A stretch of 64,000 bases of DNA from Phycisphaerae bacterium (GTDB lineage: Bacteria; Planctomycetota; Phycisphaerae; UBA1845; Fen-1342): positions 672,001 to 736,000 of the forward strand of contig CAXXWX010000026.1 in NCBI GenBank assembly GCA_963675745.2, in the 5' to 3' direction. Shown in pieces: positions 21,498-29,532 of this stretch. The position numbers and the translations under genes are program-made. How positions within the stretch are numbered: position 1 is the first letter of the stretch; the number at the start of each line of letters is the position of its first letter. Below the pieces are notes generated by a model, which was not told the DNA's origin, made no database searches, and was given only the letters and a program-made list of their open reading frames with translations.

Positions 21498-22808
21498 CAG
21501 GGCGATCGCATTCTCGTGGTAAATAATGGATGTTCGGTGTATGTACGGGTTGCGCTTGCGCGCGGTTGGGGGTAAGCAGGTTATCGTCGTTCTGCGTTGG
21601 CCACGCAGGGACATCAGTGGTCCCTTCGAGAAGGAGCTTTGGCATGGACGTCAACGCCCCGCGTGGCATCCTGCGCTTTTTCAGTGATATGGAAGATCCA
21701 CGTTCCAACCAGGGTCGCCGGCACGAGTTGCTGGACATCCTCGTCATCGCCATCTGCGCCGTGATCTGCGGCGCTGCGGGTTGGGAGGATGTCGAACTTT
21801 TCGGCCGCGGCAAGCAGAAGTGGTTTGCCACCTTCCTGCGTCTGCCGCACGGCATCCCTTCGCACGACACCTTCGGTCGCGTCTTCGCGCGGCTCGACCC
21901 CGACGCCTTCGAGCGTTGCTTCCTCGCCTGGGTACGCCACCTGTCGCGGACGAAGGTCGGCCGGCTGGTCGCCATCGACGGCAAGACGATCCGCCGCAGC
22001 TTCGACACGGCGGCGAAGAAATCTGCGTTGCACATGGTCAGCGCCTGGTGCGCGAGCAACCAAACGGTTCTCGGACAGATCGTAACCGACGCCAAGAGCA
22101 ACGAGATCACCGCTATTCCAAAGCTGCTGGAGTTGCTGGACCTGGACGGCGCCGTGATCACCACCGACGCAATGGGCTGCCAGAAGGCGATTGCCGAGAA
22201 GGCCATCTCTTGTGGAGCCGATTACGTGCTCCAGGTCAAGGGCAATCATCCGCACTTGCAGAAAGAACTGGAGCTGCTCTTCGACGAGTGTCGCCGGAAA
22301 GACGCCCACGCCGTCGCACACGACTATACGCAGGAGCATGACAAGGGGCACGGGCGGATCGAGACGCGGCGCTGTTGGATGACCACCGATGTCAGCTGGC
22401 TGCCGGCTGGGGCGCAGTGGCAAAACCTCAGCAGCTTTGCCTGCGTCGAGGCCACGCGGCGGATCGGCGAGCAGGTCGAGACCGACCGGCGTTACTACAT
22501 CAGCAGCATCGAAAAGTGCGACGCTGCCCGCATGCTCGAACGCGTCCGCGGGCACTGGGGCGTCGAGAATCGGCTGCATTGGCGGCTCGACGTGATCTTC
22601 GGCGAGGACCAGCGACGGATCCGCAGCGGCTACGCAGCCGAAAACTTCTCGCGTCTGAGCCGGATCGCCCTGAACCTGCTCAAAGCCGGACCACCCAAAG
22701 CCCGCAGCATCCGCGCCCGACGCCTACTCGCCGGCTGGAACCACGACTACCTCCTCAGCCTCCTGATCCACGACCCAAAACCGAAAACCTGAGAATGCGA
22801 TCGCCCTG
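21498..22808 (+). mobile_element. Complete ISAs1-family insertion sequence (1311 bp)
   Basis: Perfect 18-bp TIRs CAGGGCGATCGCATTCTC (21498-21515 and 22791-22808); 10-bp direct repeat GATCTTTGGC at 21488-21497 and 22809-22818. Confidence 0.96.
21644..22792 (+). CDS. ISAs1-family DDE transposase
   Basis: GIPSHDTF, AIDGKT, KSNEITAIP, TTDAMGCQ, KGHGRIETR, HWGVEN.LHW.LDV.F.ED. Confidence 0.97.
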   Translation: MDVNAPRGILRFFSDMEDPRSNQGRRHELLDILVIAICAVICGAAGWEDVELFGRGKQKWFATFLRLPHGIPSHDTFGRVFARLDPDAFERCFLAWVRHLSRTKVGRLVAIDGKTIRRSFDTAAKKSALHMVSAWCASNQTVLGQIVTDAKSNEITAIPKLLELLDLDGAVITTDAMGCQKAIAEKAISCGADYVLQVKGNHPHLQKELELLFDECRRKDAHAVAHDYTQEHDKGHGRIETRRCWMTTDVSWLPAGAQWQNLSSFACVEATRRIGEQVETDRRYYISSIEKCDAARMLERVRGHWGVENRLHWRLDVIFGEDQRRIRSGYAAENFSRLSRIALNLLKAGPPKARSIRARRLLAGWNHDYLLSLLIHDPKPKT

Positions 22809-22873
22809 GATCTTTGGCCACGAGTGAGCCGCTCGATACCCCGGACCAACCGAGAGCGGGTAGAATTCGATCC

Positions 22874-23941
22874 ATGCATCAGACGGCACGCTCATTCGGG
22901 AGCCACGATGGAGGGCCGGCGCCTGATCGCGCGAGCTCCGGCGAAGCGCTGAGGCGGCGCGCCGTGGTCGCGTGTGTCAGCGCGACGGCCGCCGTCGCCG
23001 TCGTCGAGCTTCTGGTCGGCTGGTGGTTCGACCTGCTCAGCATTTTCGTGGAAGGCGTACACACCGTCGCCGACCTGGCTGACTCGCTGGTCGCGCTCGG
23101 CCTGATCACGCTGGCCGCCCGACCACCCGACAAATGCCACCCCTACGGGCACGGCAAGCTGGACAGCGCCGTCGGCATCATCGAAGGCCTGTGTGTGACC
23201 GGCACCGGCGTCTGGGCACTTGTGACCGCCAGCCGCGCCCTGCTGGGTTACGCCACCGTCGAACCGCGCCCCGCTGTCGTCGCACTCGTCGCGATGGCCT
23301 GCGCGAGCGTGCTCTACTGGTTTCTCTCGGCTTACGTTTTGCGCATCGCCCAAACCACGCGCTCACCGGCGGTCTACGCCGAGGGCGTGCATTTGCGCAC
23401 GCATGTGTACGTCACGGCCGGTCTGCTGGTCGGCCTGGCGCTTTCGTGGGTGGCGCGGCGGGCCGGCTGGGCATTTGCCCATCAGGTTGATCCGGCCGTC
23501 GCGGTCATGCTCGGTCTCGTGCTGATCGTGATCGGTGTGCGCATTGTCCGCGTGGGCTATCGCCAGATGGTCGACTCGGCACTACCCCCTGACGAGATTG
23601 ACAAGATCGCGCGCTGCCTGGACGAGTTCCGTGGCGAGTTCGTCGAGGTCCACGCGGTTCGTACGCGACAGGCCGGCGTCGACCGGCACATCGACGTACA
23701 CCTGGTTGTGCCGGGGGAGGCGACTGTTCAGGCCGCCCATGACCTCGCCCACCGAATCGAGCGGCGCATCATCGCCGAGCTGCCGGGGGCCACATTCCTG
23801 GTACACATCGAACCCGCGGTCGGCGACCTTCTGCATCGTTATGAGCAGCGCGGACGCCGTGGGGAGATCATTGTCGATCAGCCCGGCAGCGCGGAGCAGG
23901 AAAGCACGCACCACGATCAACCGCGCACGCATGTGCCGTAA
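22874..23941 (+). CDS. Cation diffusion facilitator (CDF) transporter
   Basis: HTVAD, PPD..HPYGHGK, H.R.H, C-terminal DVHL...AHDLA...VHIEP. Confidence 0.9.
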   Translation: MHQTARSFGSHDGGPAPDRASSGEALRRRAVVACVSATAAVAVVELLVGWWFDLLSIFVEGVHTVADLADSLVALGLITLAARPPDKCHPYGHGKLDSAVGIIEGLCVTGTGVWALVTASRALLGYATVEPRPAVVALVAMACASVLYWFLSAYVLRIAQTTRSPAVYAEGVHLRTHVYVTAGLLVGLALSWVARRAGWAFAHQVDPAVAVMLGLVLIVIGVRIVRVGYRQMVDSALPPDEIDKIARCLDEFRGEFVEVHAVRTRQAGVDRHIDVHLVVPGEATVQAAHDLAHRIERRIIAELPGATFLVHIEPAVGDLLHRYEQRGRRGEIIVDQPGSAEQESTHHDQPRTHVP

Positions 23942-24063
23942 CTTGCGCTCGCGGCGCGCGGTTTCATGACATGCGCCCAACGTTTGGCTCATTCAAGTGT
24001 CCACCCCCACGAACCGCGCGCCGTCGCGCTGCGGCGAGACACAAGTCCCTGGGAGCGAGCCAC

Positions 24064-24636
24064 ATGTTCACCAAGCCACCATATCTCTGCGCCATGCTGC
24101 TGGCCGGCTGCCTCGGAATCCTGACCGGTTCCACGGGCTGCCTGGTGATAAACGCGGAAACACGCGACCCGCACATGGAGCCGCGCATCCCGCCGAGCCA
24201 CCGCACTGCCGGCGACCAGCAACTGCAATACAAGCCCTACGCATACGAGCTCGACAAAGTGCTGCGCCAGCAGAACACCGTCGCGCGCGAGCTGGCCAAA
24301 CGCGATTGGGACGAGCTCGCCGACGAACTGGGCGACTGGCGGACCTACATCCGGCGTCTGGCCGGTATCGCCGACACAACCGACGACCCCCGGACGCTGC
24401 GCGAGCTGTGCGGCCAGCTTTCCACGTGCGTGGAAGAAATGTGGCGCGGGCAGCGCAACCGCTCCGTGGCCGATGTAGAAAAGGCGCTCGACGCCGCTGT
24501 GCCAACACTCGATCGCCTGTCGGCCGAATTCCCGCTGGCTGAGCCCGCACCGCCGGCCGGCGGACAGACGGCAAACTCATCAACTTCAACGGGCGTGACA
24601 ACGACCGGCGAGCCAGGCACAAACTCCGACAGGTGA
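24064..24636 (+). CDS. Hypothetical helical lipoprotein
   Basis: Hydrophobic leader ending TGC, then a helical domain. Confidence 0.6.
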   Translation: MFTKPPYLCAMLLAGCLGILTGSTGCLVINAETRDPHMEPRIPPSHRTAGDQQLQYKPYAYELDKVLRQQNTVARELAKRDWDELADELGDWRTYIRRLAGIADTTDDPRTLRELCGQLSTCVEEMWRGQRNRSVADVEKALDAAVPTLDRLSAEFPLAEPAPPAGGQTANSSTSTGVTTTGEPGTNSDR

Positions 24637-24670
24637 CAGCACGCCTCGCCTCGGCCGTGCCGCGCCGTCG

Positions 24671-24936
24671 TCTGCGGGACCGGCGCGTAGCGTGCGAGAC
24701 CGGCGTGTCGTGTGCGGGACTGGCGTGCAGTGTGCGGGACTGGCGGGTCGTGTCCGGGACCGACGTGCGGTGTGCGGGACCGGTGCGTAGCGTGCGGGAA
24801 CAGCATGTCGTGTGCGGGAACAGCGTGTCGTGCTCGGCACCGGTGTGCTGCGTGCGGGCTTGGCGTGTCGTGTCCGGAACCGGCGTGTCCTGTGCGGGCT
24901 TGGCGTGTCGTGTGCGGGACCGACGTGTCGTGTGCG
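24671..24936. repeat. Degenerate 20-bp tandem repeat, about 13 copies (consensus TGTGCGGGACCGGCGTGTCG)
   Basis: Period visible directly; ends 11 nt from the four-helix-bundle stop codon. Confidence 0.9.
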
Positions 24937-24947
24937 TGTTTCGCGAG

Positions 24948-25460
24948 TCAATCTTCGCCCGTCTGCCCCCAATCCGCCGGCAACGCCGCGCCTTGTCGAA
25001 TCATGTCGAGCTGTTTCCAAAAGGACGTGGCACGTTGTTCGGCGTCATAATTCTGCCGCTCGCGCGCGGTCAGATGGCGCTGGCCTTTGATCGACGAGTT
25101 CTGCAGCGAGTCCGCCCACGCGCGAATCTGCCGCGACACCGACTCGGCCAGCCCTTTCAAATCTGAAATCTCAGATCTGAGATCAGCAAAATACGGCATC
25201 CGCTCGCACAGGCACAACATCGACCGCACCTCGCCCGCCGACCCGCGTGCGTAGTACAAGAACGCAATCAGCTCGTTCGTCGTCCCGCGCTCGAACCCCT
25301 CGGCGACATTATTACTGATCGACGTCGCCGCCCGCTGAAGCTGATTCCGCAAGTCGCCACGCCCGTTGAACGACCGGTTGTCCACGAGTTTGAAGACACG
25401 CGCAGCCAGATCGATCGCCGCCCGCCAGACGGGGAGATCTTCGAAGCGTTTGTAGGTCAT
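24948..25460 (-). CDS. Four-helix-bundle protein (23S rRNA-IVP / Avd-like family)
   Basis: FEDLPVWR, LRNQLQRAATSISNNVAEGFER, FLYYARGSAGEVRSML. Confidence 0.92.
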   Translation of the reverse strand: MTYKRFEDLPVWRAAIDLAARVFKLVDNRSFNGRGDLRNQLQRAATSISNNVAEGFERGTTNELIAFLYYARGSAGEVRSMLCLCERMPYFADLRSEISDLKGLAESVSRQIRAWADSLQNSSIKGQRHLTARERQNYDAEQRATSFWKQLDMIRQGAALPADWGQTGED

Positions 25461-25497
25461 GCGAGTCCCCTTGCGACGTCAACGCCCCGGCGACCGC

Positions 25498-25594
25498 GTA
25501 ATGTCGTGACGTTGTAGCATCGTGACGTTGTGATGTCGTATGCGTTGTAACACAGTAACGCTGTAACGCTGTGACGCTGTGACGCTGTGACGCC
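25498..25594. repeat. 8-bp tandem repeat, about 12 copies (GTRACGYT-like)
   Basis: GTGACGTT/GTAACGCT/GTGACGCT units in register, with one 9-nt unit. Confidence 0.85.
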
Positions 25595-25624
25595 GGCGGC
25601 CGCGAGCCTCAGCATCCTATCATT

Positions 25625-25653
25625 ACCCTAACACGCATGGCGGCGGATGTCAA
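25625..25653 (-). promoter_or_regulatory. Putative sigma70 promoter of the four-helix-bundle gene
   Basis: Minus strand TTGACA-17 nt-TAGGGT with extended -10 TGn. Confidence 0.6.
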
Positions 25654-25718
25654 CATTCAGCGAGCGCCTGCCGTACGGGCCGCCAGTTTCAAGCCGCACG
25701 TAACTGATCCGGGATTTG

Positions 25719-25858
25719 CAATCTCGAATCTCCAATCGCAAATCTGAAACCCCCAATCTGAAATCTGAAATCCCCGATCTGAAATCTCAAATCTCAAGTC
25801 CCCAGTCTGAAATCTCAAATCCCCAATCTGAAATCTCAAATCTCCAATCGCAAATCTC
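25719..25858. repeat. Heptamer tandem array, 20 units (MAATCTS), with partial 21-bp higher-order period
   Basis: CAATCTG-AAATCTC-AAATCCC units in perfect 7-nt register. Confidence 0.95.
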
Positions 25859-25879
25859 AGCCCCCACTCTCCTAAACCC

Positions 25880-26200
25880 CCACCGAGCCACCCCCGCCAT
25901 CACCTACACGATCCACCGAGCCACCCCCGCCATCACCTACACGATCCACCGAGCCACCCCGCCATCACCTACACGAGCCACCGAGCCACCCCCGCCATCA
26001 CCTACACGAGCCACCGAGCCACCCCCGCCATCACCTACGCGATCCATCGAGCTCGTCCCTCCATCTTCCACGCGTCAGGCCAAACCGCCCCGCCATCCTC
26101 CACACGCCCGGTCAAGCCGCCCCGCCATCTCCCTCGCGATCCGTCGAGCCCGCCCCGCCATCGTCCACCGGATTCGCCAAGCCGCCCCCACCATCGCCCA
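25880..26200. repeat. 33-bp tandem repeat CCACCGAGCCACCCCCGCCATCACCTACACGAT: 5 near-identical copies, then degenerate copies
   Basis: Copies start at 25880, 25913, 25946 (32 bp), 25978, 26011; the CCCGCCATC core recurs to about 26200. Confidence 0.92.
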
Positions 26201-27260
26201 CCCGCCCCGCATCATCTCCCCGTCGCGCGCCACACTCCGGACACCGCCCCGCCACGTCGCCGCGCAAGTCGTATCCACAACCCACGCATCGCCCATGCCC
26301 CCGCCGCCACCGCCGCCGCCACGCCGGAGCAAACAGCCAGTACGCCGGGAGGGGGACGAGAATCACCGGCGGGATCCAGCCGGCGAGCTTGAGTTGACCG
26401 GCGAACGTGTTTGGACTTCCACGGTGCGCGGGGCGCGCTGAGTACTCTGCAATCGATGGCAACTCGTATGTGCCCATCGGGAGAGCCTGCATGAGGCCGC
26501 CCGGAGTGGTTTCGTTCTCGTAGTGCAGCCTGACACTTCCATCACGGGCATTGACGCCTGTGCGCGCATACAGCAAATGCGGAATCCGTTCGGGTAGGTC
26601 GATGGTTACACCCACGCGAAGCTCTGCGAGGATCAATGTCGCGAGCACTGCGAGGCCTGTGAACACGCCCAGGGCTAGCACCGCACCCAGCACTGTTCGG
26701 CAAAGGCGGGACCGGCAGGTTCGCGGCGTCGCCCGATCGCCCAGCGCGTGTTGAGTTGCATCTGCGTTGGCTGCGCCACGCGCGTATTTCCATCGGAGGG
26801 CAACCACGATGAGAGTGAGCCCCAGTAGCAGTGACGCCGGAATCCAACCGGGAGTGCTAACACGCTCGTCGTAGCTGAGGTCGTCCGTGACCGACGAAAG
26901 CAGGGTCGCATACCGCCAGTGGTGCACGAGGTGTATGTCGCCCAGATCGCACCGAAGAGACCATGTGTCTGTTCGTTCGTCAGGGATGTAGAACCCCGAG
27001 AGATCACGCACATCCCATGCCGTGACATCACCGATCGACGGGCTTGGTGATGGCGTTGCTGAGTTGACAACCTCAAGTGGCCAATAGTGCTTGCTCCGGG
27101 CATACGGGTTCGGGTACAGCTCAACGAACGTACAAAACCTCACAGAGGGAGTCAGGCCGGTAACCAACGTCGCGATCCCGATGACACCCCCCAACACCGC
27201 CATCGCGATGACCGCCGTGTCCACACAACAGAGGCAGATTGCCCGCCACCTATTCCCCAT
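26112..27260 (-). CDS. Membrane protein with C-terminal Zn-ribbon (CVGCGYDLRG..CPECG)
   Basis: About 4 TM segments in two similar halves (GWIP motif twice), Arg-rich patch, CxxC-CxxC. Confidence 0.75.
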   Translation of the reverse strand: MGNRWRAICLCCVDTAVIAMAVLGGVIGIATLVTGLTPSVRFCTFVELYPNPYARSKHYWPLEVVNSATPSPSPSIGDVTAWDVRDLSGFYIPDERTDTWSLRCDLGDIHLVHHWRYATLLSSVTDDLSYDERVSTPGWIPASLLLGLTLIVVALRWKYARGAANADATQHALGDRATPRTCRSRLCRTVLGAVLALGVFTGLAVLATLILAELRVGVTIDLPERIPHLLYARTGVNARDGSVRLHYENETTPGGLMQALPMGTYELPSIAEYSARPAHRGSPNTFAGQLKLAGWIPPVILVPLPAYWLFAPAWRRRWRRGHGRCVGCGYDLRGDVAGRCPECGARRGDDAGRVGDGGGGLANPVDDGGAGSTDREGDGGAA

Positions 27261-27795
27261 CAGCCGCCTCCCCAATCAGCGGCGACACCACCGCGCCGCA
27301 CTCCGGGCAGCGGCCGGTGGTGTTGCCCGCGAGGTTATACCCGCACGCCACGCAGCAGCCGCGTTTCGTCCGCCACCGCCGCCGCCAGATTCGGAATACG
27401 AGAAGGGAACATGGCACAGCCACGAACACGGTGATCAGAGTCCATGCAGGGATGGATAGCATCGCGCAACCTGGCGCAAGAAGGATGCCGACGATGCCGG
27501 GGATTCTGAACAGATACTCGGGCCCGAGGACTGGTCCTTCATCCACGAACTCCGCGTCTCCGCTGAAAACGACAGTCCCGTCGTCGAAGAAGGCATACAC
27601 GCGCCGAACATAGAGATCTTCGTCTCCCGAGTTGTTGAGCGCCACCTCGCTCGTTAGCGTGATGTGCAGGGAGTATTCGAATTCATCATTGAGCCAGGTG
27701 GCGATACTGATTCCTGAGAGTACACAGCCGACCAGCGCTACCAGAGCAAGCGCACCGCGATAGACCATCGACCGCCATGTCCGCCTAGAACCCAT
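27250..27795 (-). CDS. Membrane protein with C-terminal Zn-ribbon (CVACGYNLAG..CPECG)
   Basis: TM-loop-TM, RRRWRTKRG, CxxC-CxxC; overlaps its neighbours as in an operon. Confidence 0.75.
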   Translation of the reverse strand: MGSRRTWRSMVYRGALALVALVGCVLSGISIATWLNDEFEYSLHITLTSEVALNNSGDEDLYVRRVYAFFDDGTVVFSGDAEFVDEGPVLGPEYLFRIPGIVGILLAPGCAMLSIPAWTLITVFVAVPCSLLVFRIWRRRWRTKRGCCVACGYNLAGNTTGRCPECGAVVSPLIGEAADGE

Positions 27796-29233
27796 ACTCC
27801 GTCCACCGCCGGTTTACGAGCTCTTTGACCTCGCGCAACATCTCGAGTTCCTCCGGCCACTCACGAATCTGCCCTTCGCCGGCGATTTTCTTTGTCGCGT
27901 CGATGCCCATCTTTGAGCCCACGCCGCAGAACGGGGCCGCGTGGTCGAGGATGTCGAGCGGGCCGTCGGCAATCACGGTGTCCCGGCGGGGGTCGACGTT
28001 GCTGCACACGTGGAACCAGACCTCGTCCTGGTTGTGTACATCAACGTGCTCGTCAACCACGACGATGAACTTGGTGAGGGCCATCTGCCCGGCGCCCCAG
28101 ATTGCGTGCATGACCCGGCGTGCCTGAAACGGGTATTCCTTGCGGATCTTCACGAACGCGCAGTTGTGGAAGCAGCCGAACATCGGCAGGTCGTAGTCGA
28201 TGATGTCCGGCACCAGCATCTGGAGCAGCGGCAGGAAGACGCGCTCGGTCGCTTTGCCGAGCCAATAGTCCTCCTGCGGCGGCTTGCCGACGATGGTCGT
28301 CGGGTAGAGCGGCTCGCGGCGGTGCGTGATCGCCGTCACGTGCAGGCGCGGGAAGTGGTCGGCCAGCGAGTAGAAGCCCGTGTGATCGCCGAACGGGCCT
28401 TCGAGAATCAGCTCTTCGGTCGGGTCGATGTAGCCTTCGATGACAAACTCGGCCGTCGCCGGCACCTGGATCTCCGGCTGTGTGACGCAGGGAACGAGTT
28501 CGATGCTGCGGCCCTGGAGAAAGCCTGCGAAAAGCGCCTCGTCGATGCCCGGCGGCAAGGGGCAGGTCGCCGCGTAGGGCAACACCGCCGGGCCGCCGAG
28601 GGCAATCGCGATGGGCATGCGCTGGCCGCGTTGCTGGTACAGGCGGAAGTGGCGGGCACCGTCGTGGTGCATGTGCCAGTGCATGGCGGCGAGGCGCGGC
28701 TCAAAGAGCTGCACGCGGTACATGCCGATGTTGCGGTCGCCGGTCTCCGGGTTCTTTGTGAACACCGCGCCGAGCGTGATGTACCGGCCGCCGTCATCCG
28801 GCCAGCACTTGAGTGCCGGCAGCGAGAACAGGTCGGCGTCGTCGGTGTGGACGACTTCCTGGCAGACGCCGCGCTTGACGATCTTCGGCGGCAGGCTGCC
28901 GAGCTGGGCCAGTTCGGGCAGCTTTTTCAGCTTCTGCATGAGCGTGGTGGGAATCTCGGGCTTGATGACCGCCGCCACGCGCTGGGCGACGTCGTCGAAG
29001 CTGTCGGCGCCCAGCGCCAGGCACATCCGCTCGCGCGTGCCGTACGTGTTTATGAGCAGCGGAAAGCGCGACGCCTTGACCTTCTCAAACAAAAGCGCCG
29101 GGCCGCCGGCCTTGGTGACGCGGTCGGCGATCTCCGTGATTTCGAGCTCGGGGTCAACTTCGGCGCTGATGCGTTTGAGCCAGCCGCGCTGCTCGAGCTC
29201 GGCGGCAAACGACTGCATGTCCTGCGTTCCCAC
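27785..29233 (-). CDS. UbiD-family decarboxylase (probably menaquinone/futalosine-pathway type)
   Basis: EITEIADR, GPALLF, NIGMYR, EGPFGDHTGFYS, VGKPPQED, KMGIDAT. Confidence 0.9.
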   Translation of the reverse strand: MGTQDMQSFAAELEQRGWLKRISAEVDPELEITEIADRVTKAGGPALLFEKVKASRFPLLINTYGTRERMCLALGADSFDDVAQRVAAVIKPEIPTTLMQKLKKLPELAQLGSLPPKIVKRGVCQEVVHTDDADLFSLPALKCWPDDGGRYITLGAVFTKNPETGDRNIGMYRVQLFEPRLAAMHWHMHHDGARHFRLYQQRGQRMPIAIALGGPAVLPYAATCPLPPGIDEALFAGFLQGRSIELVPCVTQPEIQVPATAEFVIEGYIDPTEELILEGPFGDHTGFYSLADHFPRLHVTAITHRREPLYPTTIVGKPPQEDYWLGKATERVFLPLLQMLVPDIIDYDLPMFGCFHNCAFVKIRKEYPFQARRVMHAIWGAGQMALTKFIVVVDEHVDVHNQDEVWFHVCSNVDPRRDTVIADGPLDILDHAAPFCGVGSKMGIDATKKIAGEGQIREWPEELEMLREVKELVNRRWTEYGF

Positions 29234-29259
29234 GATGCGTCCTCTATAGATCCCAGAAG

Positions 29260-29312
29260 TGTGGCACAGGTTTGCAACCTGTGGTTCTCACCGGTTGAAA
29301 ACCGGTGCCACA
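29260..29312. repeat. REP-like palindrome doublet, family A copy 1
   Basis: TGTGGCACAGGTTTGCAACCTGTG...CACCGGTTGAAAACCGGTGCCACA; also at 29423 and 47160 in inverted orientation. Confidence 0.88.
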
Positions 29313-29422
29313 GTGGTCTCGGGATAGCCTGCGCCAATCGGCCGCACCGCGACCCCGCACATATGTGGGACCGACAGCCGGCGGCCATCCGTGTAGAATA
29401 CTGCGAGCGATCCCTCAACGTC

Positions 29423-29477
29423 TGTGGCACCGGTTTTCAACCGGTGTGAATAACACAGGTTACAAACCTGTGCCACA
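29423..29477. repeat. REP-like palindrome doublet, family A copy 2
   Basis: TGTGGCACCGGTTTTCAACCGGTG...CACAGGTTACAAACCTGTGCCACA, wrapped by GCGATCCCT/AGGGATCGC. Confidence 0.88.
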
Positions 29478-29532
29478 GCTTAGGGATCGCTTCTACGCGG
29501 ATTTCGTCGGACCTGCGAAACGTGAGATGCGT

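Noticed and set aside
25880..26200. 33-bp repeats as a CRISPR array
   Set aside because: Units are head-to-tail with no unique spacers, are not palindromic, and no cas genes are in the window.
25716..26441. 241-aa ORF (QSEISNPQSEIS...) and the ORFs over the 20-bp array
   Set aside because: These are translations of DNA tandem repeats in arbitrary frames, with no RBS or domain signal.
24948..27795. Diversity-generating retroelement (Avd-like gene next to variable-looking genes)
   Set aside because: No reverse transcriptase, and no TR/VR pair differing at adenines was seen.
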